The notes beneath the pieces were generated by a model that made no database searches, was not told where the DNA came from, and saw only the letters and a program-made list of their open reading frames with translations. A DNA stretch of 32,000 nt from Methanothermobacter thermautotrophicus str. Delta H (GTDB lineage Archaea; Methanobacteriota; Methanobacteria; Methanobacteriales; Methanothermobacteraceae), in contig NC_000916.1 of assembly GCF_000008645.1 (NCBI RefSeq), positions 180,001 through 212,000 of the forward strand. Reading direction: 5' to 3'. This document shows positions 29,746-32,000 of the stretch, piece after piece; position 1 is the stretch's first letter, and each line of letters starts with the position of its first letter. The position numbers were made by a program, and so were the translations under genes.

Positions 29746-30486
29746 ATGGATTACAAGGTTAACTCGGCAGATGATAATAATATATTCATAGAGACGGAAC
29801 CATACCGGCGCCTCCTGGAGATCATCAGGCAAATGAAGGATGTGCGGGGTGAGATACTCCACGTTGTGGGGGCGCCGGGGACAGGTAAGTCGGCCAACAT
29901 TTACAGGGCCATAGGGGAGGCAGAGCTGCACGTATATGAGGTTCCATGCAAACTTGAATCCCCGGATCTGAGTGCAGATGATGTTTTCCATCATGTGATG
30001 GAGGGGATGAAGGAGGAGCTGGGTGCAGATACCGGGGCTGATCTCTACGGGAGGTTAAAGGAATTTGATGCCGTGCTCTTTGCTGACAGGTTCCATGACA
30101 GCCATGAATTCTCCAGCTTCTCCGGTTTCAGCCAGTGGACCAGAAATGGGGGCCTGGAGCCACTCAGGTTTTACCTTAAATGTGCAGGGGAGTACCTCAA
30201 AAACAGGAGGGTCCTTGCGGAGGTCAACATCATCTTTCAGACAGCATGGAGGTTTTACTTCAGGGGTAAAAAGTATGACCTCTTCACTGATATCCCGGTT
30301 ATTTCTTCTCTCCTGTTTCATACACTTTCAATCCCCTTCAGGGCGGTGAAAATAGATTACAGTAGAAAGGAAACCTTAAATATTATAAGGGCCCACCTTG
30401 ATGCTGATGAATCTGAGATCCAGAGACTGATTGACCTCTACGGCTGCAGACCAAGGATCATAATGGAGAAGCTGGGATCATGCTGA
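29746..30486 (+). CDS. P-loop ATPase/NTPase of unknown function
   Basis: EILHVVGAPGTGKSANIYRAI Walker A; 246 aa; ATG preceded by GAGGGGG. Overlaps the next gene. Confidence 0.75.
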   Translation: MDYKVNSADDNNIFIETEPYRRLLEIIRQMKDVRGEILHVVGAPGTGKSANIYRAIGEAELHVYEVPCKLESPDLSADDVFHHVMEGMKEELGADTGADLYGRLKEFDAVLFADRFHDSHEFSSFSGFSQWTRNGGLEPLRFYLKCAGEYLKNRRVLAEVNIIFQTAWRFYFRGKKYDLFTDIPVISSLLFHTLSIPFRAVKIDYSRKETLNIIRAHLDADESEIQRLIDLYGCRPRIIMEKLGSC

Positions 30487-31265
30487 GGACACTCCTTCGT
30501 TCAACAAGGATGAGCTGGGGCGCCAAGAACATCCACATGTACCTCCTTGCACTCACCTATGCATCGGCTGCAGACCCCTTCAGATTCCTTGCCGGGCTAC
30601 TCCTTGTCACATTACTCTGGGGTGCCCTTTACTCACTGAATGACCTCACAGACATTGATAATGATAGAAAGGACAGGATGAAGAGGAAGAGGCCCTTCAT
30701 AGAGAACCATGTGGATCCCCGGAAGGTGCTGCTCTTTGTGGGTCTCCTCCTTCTGGTGTCCCTTGCTGGGGCCTGTCTCCTGGACAGGGTATTCTGTCTG
30801 ATACTCCTTCTGATGGTCCTGAACCAGTTCCTGTACACACTGCCGCCTGTGAGGCTTAAGGATACTGTCATCGCCCCCCTTGCAAGCACCGCAACAAACA
30901 CAGTCCTGAGACTTGCATCTGCCGCTGTACTCCTGGGGGGTCTCCTGGTGGTACCTGTACCCGTATATGTGCTCATGTACCTGGCGGGTATGGGGACATA
31001 CCTCATGTACAAGGAGATGCGCGGCCTCACAACTCTGGTGTCCACGGCATTCTGCATTTTACTTGCCTTCTCTTACCTCTGGGGGTATATCAGCATCCTC
31101 CAGATTCTCCTGGTCATAGTACCACCCTTCCTTGCAACGGTACCCCTCTATCTCTCAAACTTCCGGGACAGGGAGCGCATGGTTGAGGTGGCCGATGTGA
31201 TCTATCACAGGGTTCTTGTGACCATATACATGATATGCATACTTGTGCTCCTCTTCCTGAGGTGA
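30480..31265 (+). CDS. UbiA-like prenyltransferase family integral membrane protein
   Basis: LWGALYSLNDLTDIDNDRKDRMKRKRPFIE (NDxxDxxxD-like motif) with multiple transmembrane helices. Confidence 0.75.
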   Translation: MLRTLLRSTRMSWGAKNIHMYLLALTYASAADPFRFLAGLLLVTLLWGALYSLNDLTDIDNDRKDRMKRKRPFIENHVDPRKVLLFVGLLLLVSLAGACLLDRVFCLILLLMVLNQFLYTLPPVRLKDTVIAPLASTATNTVLRLASAAVLLGGLLVVPVPVYVLMYLAGMGTYLMYKEMRGLTTLVSTAFCILLAFSYLWGYISILQILLVIVPPFLATVPLYLSNFRDRERMVEVADVIYHRVLVTIYMICILVLLFLR

Positions 31266-31423
31266 TGCAGATTATCATTCAGGATTTTTTAGGGTTGGGG
31301 GTGTTAAAGGTTGTCTCTCCTGCCCTCTATTTCAGGAGAGTCCTGATTTTTCTGGAGAGGTGAGGAACTTCATCTGCAGTCAGATATGCAAAAAAACTAA
31401 TATTTGGAAGAGTTCAGAACCCT

Positions 31424-31804
31424 TCATTCAGTGAAATGCGCTCTGAAAATTTCCTTGAGGATCCCCCAGCAGAATTTGCATGCGGGTGTCTGGAGGAACC
31501 CTGCAACTCTAAAATCACTCTTATTAAACCTTTGAGATTCTGGCTCAATCACCTTTTTATTGTCTGAAAAAATGCCGAAGATGACCAGCAGGTAAGCTAT
31601 GATCCGGATTATTATAAGTGCCACCGCACCACTTGGGTATCCTGCCAGCTGGGCTAGATGTGATACTCCAAATAAGCCGAAGGCTATTCCGATGTAAAGG
31701 AGCAGCGGACTTTCAAGTTTCCTGAAGCCCAGGTATCCCATTACAAGGATTATCATGCAGAATATAAAATTAATGGTAAGCACAGGTTCCATGATAAATG
31801 CCAT
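31424..31804 (-). CDS. Small membrane protein, hypothetical
   Basis: MAFIMEPVLTINFIFCMIILVMGYLGFRKLESPLLLYIGIAFGLFGVSHLAQLAGY...; GGGGGTGAT RBS on the minus strand 5 nt before ATG 31804. Confidence 0.7.
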   Translation of the reverse strand: MAFIMEPVLTINFIFCMIILVMGYLGFRKLESPLLLYIGIAFGLFGVSHLAQLAGYPSGAVALIIIRIIAYLLVIFGIFSDNKKVIEPESQRFNKSDFRVAGFLQTPACKFCWGILKEIFRAHFTE

Positions 31805-32000
31805 CTTCAATCACCCCCTTTATAATTAATAGTAACATTCTCTATTTCCTATTATTTAATATCTGCAGTTTTCGTCTCACAGGAGATCTCAGGATCTTAA
31901 AAAGTAGGATTCATGAAAACTGGTCCTCATGGGTATGGGGGTATGGAACTGATCAGTTTATCAGCCAGCGAAGATGATACCAGCAGCTCATGTTCCTCTC

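Noticed and set aside
1-32000. CRISPR arrays, cas genes, transposases, integrases, toxin-antitoxin pairs, phage genes, tRNA or rRNA
   Set aside because: None recognised by reading both strands; the window is ordinary core-genome content.

Overview
This is an ordinary, gene-dense chromosomal window from a thermophilic methanogenic archaeon. Protein content, GGAGGTGAT-type ribosome-binding sites, frequent GTG/TTG starts and TTTATATA promoter boxes point to Methanothermobacter, close to M. thermautotrophicus (inference). It holds informational and biosynthetic genes: a CobN-like protein with a C-terminal membrane anchor, a stand-alone FwdC-like GXGXG protein, rfcL/rfcS, aroE, an RNA-free RNase P (HARP/RNA-ligase-partner) PIN protein, hisS, hisI, a PIN-ATPase-KH protein, npdG, hxlB, endA, trpS, a SpoIIM-like membrane protein, thrC, an archaeal histone, and a long translation/transcription cluster (L7Ae, S28e, L24e, ndk, aIF5B, S6e, aIF2gamma, PIN/Fcf1-like, ppa, Rpo7, Spt4, DUF359, S24e, S27ae, argH). 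It ends with a KH+PP-loop ATPase, a hexapeptide acyltransferase, a PEBP-like protein, a P-loop ATPase and a UbiA-like protein. Two short ribosomal proteins (L24e, S27ae) and one small membrane protein are absent from the supplied ORF track and were read directly. No CRISPR array, mobile element, tRNA or rRNA was recognised, and I do not see a clear new multi-gene system. The best leads are: (1) the PIN/Fcf1-like gene, whose catalytic-Asp N-terminus (VIDTNF) is joined to its body only by a -1 shift, exactly at a U UUU UUA heptamer followed by UGA; (2) -1 type reading-frame breaks in aroE (inside the GHPLGHSLSP motif) and at the acyltransferase C-terminus; (3) an orphan TATA box followed by a foldable, non-coding segment just upstream of the L7Ae promoter; (4) a perfect 10-bp dyad in the aroE/HARP divergent promoter region.
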